Of a stretch of DNA of 64,000 nucleotides, positions 62,586-64,000 are shown in pieces (positions within the stretch are counted from its first letter, which is position 1; each line of letters begins with the position of its first letter). The stretch comes from the human T2T-CHM13v2.0 reference genome, Homo sapiens. The stretch lies in the NCBI RefSeq assembly GCF_009914755.1, contig NC_060939.1; one strand, written 5' to 3'. The notes under the pieces were generated by a model that ran no database searches, had not been told where the DNA came from, and saw only the letters and a list, made by a program, of their open reading frames with translations. Both the position numbers and the translations under genes were made by a program.

Positions 62586-63511
62586 AAGAAGTGTCCAGTG
62601 GCTTTGGGTCAGCATCGGTGAAAGTGGGGAGAGCAATAAAGAAGCAATTGCAACCTTTTAGGTGAGAAATGACCGTGACCTGGACTTGGGGATGGGCCGC
62701 GAAGAGTCAGGATGGACTCAAGACAGCTACTGGACTGCCACTGGCCGCGACACTTTGGAGAAACTCTAGCAGTTAGTTCTTCCGACACAGTTCCTACAGG
62801 TGACGGGATAAAAATAGAAGACAGCAGGGGAAATGATGAGGAGACCTGGAGCACTTTAGTTACGATTCAACTCAGCCTGTGCTAGGGCCACAGGGACTCA
62901 AAGAGGAGGAAGGAGACACTTTCTCCATGCAAGGAGTCTACATTTCATTGAAGAAGATGTGTCCAGCATACATGTAACTACAATAAAGGAAAAATATGAC
63001 AAGAATAATAGAAAAGGCAGAAGGCTCTGAGAAGGAGGCTTGAGGTCAGAGTAGGAATTCAACCAGAAGAGAGAAGGGTGGGAACTTCTGAGGGGAGGGA
63101 GGAGCAAGAGCAAACGTGTGAACATGGTGGTCTGTGGTATGTGCTCAGCTCCTGCTGGGCTCAAATGTTGCATGTGCACAGAGAACATTAGCTGGAGACC
63201 ATCAGGCTGGCACTGAACACCAGGGGCAGGAGTGGATGCTTGCTACTCAGCTGTGCACTCCTCTCATGTTCTTTTCTACATGTGTGCAATTGAATGTCTG
63301 TGTTATATGTGCGTATTAAAAGCGAACTCTCACCTTGAAATTCTTCTTAGTGGCAAGATTCTTTTCTCTAGATTGACAGTGCAGAGCTCACATAGTAATC
63401 ACTGCTGTTAAAATAGATATTTAGGACTATAGAGTTAAAGCTTAAATACCATTTAAGGGAAGCTGCTGTTATCTGAAATAATTTGTCTTTCTTATTGAAA
63501 AGAACCAATAC

Positions 63512-63568
63512 CCTCCCTCCCTCTTTCCCTCCTTCCCTCCCTTCCTTCCCTTTTTTCTTTCTTCCTTC
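63512..63568. repeat. Polypyrimidine (CCCT/CCTT)n low-complexity tract
   Basis: Read directly from the sequence. Confidence 0.85.
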
Positions 63569-64000
63569 GTTGGAAGAGTGGAAACATAACGAGGGGTTCT
63601 GGCTAGTGTCCTGAGGTGTTGGCTAGGTAAACTTTCTGGAGTTGCTCGTGCCAAGAGACCAGCACATACATTTCTCTAGGGGAAGTACATCCTAATTATT
63701 CCACAGACATCCATGGATCACTCTGGCTAGCAGAGTAGCACTGCAAAAATCATTACGATTTTTTTTTTTCAGAAAGTTGTTCTACTTTGGCTTAATGTCC
63801 ACATGACCAAGAATCACACTTTACAGTCTTTAAGGGCCTATCCCATGCTCAGCCACTTTCCTACAAAATCGTGGCGACGTGGAAAGGCAGATATGTGCAC
63901 CTGGGAGCTTCTAAGATCCTGTCTGCTCTGGCTGATGCAGTGACCAGAGTCACCAGAAACCCTCTGCTCCATCTGGGAGACCCAAGAGAGATCATCTGGA

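Overview
This is primate, almost certainly human, genomic DNA from 15q13.3. It holds the 3' part of SCG5 (secretogranin V / neuroendocrine protein 7B2) on the + strand. The window starts inside the long intron 2 and contains four coding exons (exons 3-6: 34285-34434, 39077/39080-39189, 46238-46291, 51041-51136). A 3' UTR with tandem poly(A) signals follows, then about 12 kb of the SCG5-GREM1 intergenic region, which is known to carry colorectal-cancer-risk enhancers and to be duplicated in hereditary mixed polyposis syndrome. The rest is ordinary repeat-rich DNA: 23 Alus, L1/L2/CR1 fragments, MaLR/ERVL/ERV1 LTRs, hAT and mariner MITEs, and microsatellites. Nearly all ORFs in the supplied track are chance or repeat-derived. 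I find no support for a new multi-gene biological system. The most interesting sequence-level observations are: a 25-bp templated insertion flanked by a 19-bp duplication (31668-31735); a furin site ending exactly at the boundary of a symmetric, skippable exon; the GREM1-enhancer region apparently built on an L2 tail beside an ERV1 LTR; a dense TCF/AP-1/E-box composite motif; CTCF and RFX motif candidates; a CpG-enriched intronic element; and closely spaced inverted Alu pairs. Repeat subfamily names, SNP identities and disease breakpoints are recalled from memory and need database confirmation. Repeat boundaries are approximate unless a TSD is given.
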